DNA from: Albugo candida
Lineage: Eukaryota
Length of the DNA stretch: 64,000 bases
Assembly (NCBI GenBank): GCA_040437565.1
Contig: JBDOQK010000001.1
Location: forward strand, 992,001 to 1,056,000
Direction of reading: 5' to 3'
Made by a program: the position numbers and the translations under genes
Shown: positions 62,149-64,000 of the stretch, piece by piece
How positions within the stretch are numbered: the first letter of the stretch is position 1
Layout: each line of letters begins with the position of its first letter
Notes under the pieces: model-generated
Seen by the model: only the letters and a program-made list of their open reading frames with translations
The model's database searches: none
Told to the model about the DNA's origin: nothing

Positions 62149-63996
62149 TCAAAAAATCACTCCGTTGTATGCGATTCTCGCCTGTGCGTTCTGGTTGTTA
62201 AGCGCGAAACGAGATGCGGACAAAGACTGCTCACTATTGTGAAAGCTGGATGATTGTGTTGGATACAGTAAAGTGGGAAGTTCATTGCTAACTTGGGTTT
62301 GGTAGTACCCTAGCTCGTAGCTTGATTGAATTGGATGGTGAGTTTCATGTTCAAAATTGTGGTGAGCGTCATAAGGATACGGTTGATTCGAGTGATAGTC
62401 AAACGTAAATGTATCTTGCGCGTCCTTTTGCAACACATTTTGTGATTCACTCTGACAATGTGGCAGTGCTACGTAGGGACAAAAGCATGATGCCGAGGAG
62501 GCAGTCAAGTCTTTATAATATCTTTGGTAATGAGCATTTTGAGATTGATAATGATTGATCATATGTAAGCCAATTTGTGCGTTTTGACCATGTCTCGCAA
62601 GATTGCCATGCTGTTCAATATGAGTGCTGAAAGATTCTGGTTTTCCACGATTCGGTCCGTGACTCACAAAAACAAGAGGACGATATGATTCGTGCTTGTC
62701 AAGAAGGCTTGAGTTCTGGAAACGTGCAATCATTGCTTTTTTTCCTTGTAGTCTGGCGTATGAAATCGCACAAACTTTTTCGCTGTTAAAGTTTGACCAC
62801 TTTTGCTGGTTGAATTCCTGGTGAAAAGAAATAATCGCACTCGGTTCCATAAAGTTCAAAAATGCGTAGCCCATATTACATTTGTTTTTGAAATCAATCG
62901 GCAGATAAAAAAAGTCGTATCGTCCATGGTGATGACGATTGATTTCGTTCAACAGCATTTGCTGCGTGTATTTGTTGGGAATATTTCGGATCATCAACGT
63001 CGTACGGCAGTCCACACCTGAAATGACGTTTTCAATTAATAAGCAGAATTCGTTCACTCCATTTGACGCGTTTCGATTCTGTAAATTTCCAAGAACCTGC
63101 ACGTTTGTATATGCAGCTGAAGTGCTTTTGTTTACCGATCGCGGATCTACGTGGCATAGGGAGCTATGCATGCTAGAATATGCTACATGGCTCGGATATG
63201 ACAGAAGATCATAGCCATTTTCATGCCTCCGGTAGTCGGCACCATGACAAGCACTTGTCGGCTGAGCTTGGTTTATTGATTCTATGAAGGGACAAATTTT
63301 GCTTTTAGCCTCAATTGAAGTATGTTGTGGTCTCTGTGCAGGCTCGAATTTGCCTTCATGTGCTGGAAGCTTGTCTCCTCGACGAGGTGATGACTTCGAC
63401 GCTTGATTTGTTGGACAAGTTTGTGGTGCTGTAGTGCCCTTGCAGTTGGTTGTTTCATTAGTTTGAGTTGCAGTCACCAGTAGGTCGGCTGATGGAGCCT
63501 GCAAATCAGCCACCGTAGGTAAGATTTCTGCGTTTTTCATGGGTACCGGAGCTGTGTCAACTTCATCCTGACAGTTTAATGAGGAATTACGAAGCTTCTT
63601 TAAATGAGCAGAGAAAGCAATGATCTTGTTCTCATCAAATAATGGAGAAGCCGTCCGTGTTGCTACGATTGATCCAGTTGGATGCAATGAGAGATTTAAG
63701 TTTCGTACTGCGTTTTGAACATCTCGAGCATCATTGTATTCAACTATGTAGCTATTGCACAACGTTGTTTCTGGTTGAGAGAATATCCTGGTAACCTCTC
63801 CGAATTGAGAACACACTCTACCTACTTCATGTAATGAGTGTGAAAGTGATTTCGCTTTTGACAGCTGAACCAAAACCGTAGCACTATTCCTTTCATCGAT
63901 AACCTCGTAAGGTCGACTGAAATGTACTTTAGTCTTTTTGAACGCATCGCGTATGGCTGATGTCGGTTGTTTGCTCGGTGGCATCCGTGAGGGCAT
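62149..63996 (-). CDS. Mei2-like RRM RNA-binding protein (may extend beyond the window)
   Basis: Mei2 RRM3 RTTLMIRNIPNKYTQ..YDFFYLPIDFKNKCNMGYAFLNF..FNSEKVCAISYARLQGK; upstream degenerate RRM QFGEV..VEYNDARD. Confidence 0.92.
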   Translation of the reverse strand: MPSRMPPSKQPTSAIRDAFKKTKVHFSRPYEVIDERNSATVLVQLSKAKSLSHSLHEVGRVCSQFGEVTRIFSQPETTLCNSYIVEYNDARDVQNAVRNLNLSLHPTGSIVATRTASPLFDENKIIAFSAHLKKLRNSSLNCQDEVDTAPVPMKNAEILPTVADLQAPSADLLVTATQTNETTNCKGTTAPQTCPTNQASKSSPRRGDKLPAHEGKFEPAQRPQHTSIEAKSKICPFIESINQAQPTSACHGADYRRHENGYDLLSYPSHVAYSSMHSSLCHVDPRSVNKSTSAAYTNVQVLGNLQNRNASNGVNEFCLLIENVISGVDCRTTLMIRNIPNKYTQQMLLNEINRHHHGRYDFFYLPIDFKNKCNMGYAFLNFMEPSAIISFHQEFNQQKWSNFNSEKVCAISYARLQGKKAMIARFQNSSLLDKHESYRPLVFVSHGPNRGKPESFSTHIEQHGNLARHGQNAQIGLHMINHYQSQNAHYQRYYKDLTASSASCFCPYVALPHCQSESQNVLQKDAQDTFTFDYHSNQPYPYDAHHNFEHETHHPIQSSYELGYYQTQVSNELPTLLYPTQSSSFHNSEQSLSASRFALNNQNAQARIAYNGVIF

Positions 63997-64000
63997 GCTT

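Overview
Eukaryotic DNA from a very compact, intron-containing genome (short GT-AG introns, mostly ~45-65 nt). Gene content, oomycete Inr/FPR core-promoter motifs and retained flagellar/basal-body genes (CEP135/BLD10, DRC3) point to a zoospore-forming oomycete, plausibly Albugo (inference only). The window holds about 26 protein-coding genes and one tRNA-Gly(TCC). A dense housekeeping block (~12.4-48.7 kb) has intergenic gaps of tens of bp and one tail-to-tail CDS overlap. A looser island (48.9-54.6 kb) carries two intronless paralogous HAD-superfamily phosphatases with signal-peptide-like N-termini, one soluble and one apparently membrane-anchored; this is the best candidate for an undescribed system. 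Several transporters/channels have unusual selectivity motifs. There are 14 gaps of 100 N; 12 are flanked by direct duplications that look like unmerged contig overlaps, so the apparent tandem copies are probably artefacts. No CRISPR, rRNA or recognisable intact mobile element was seen. Exon boundaries were read by eye, and family calls come from remembered motifs, not database searches.
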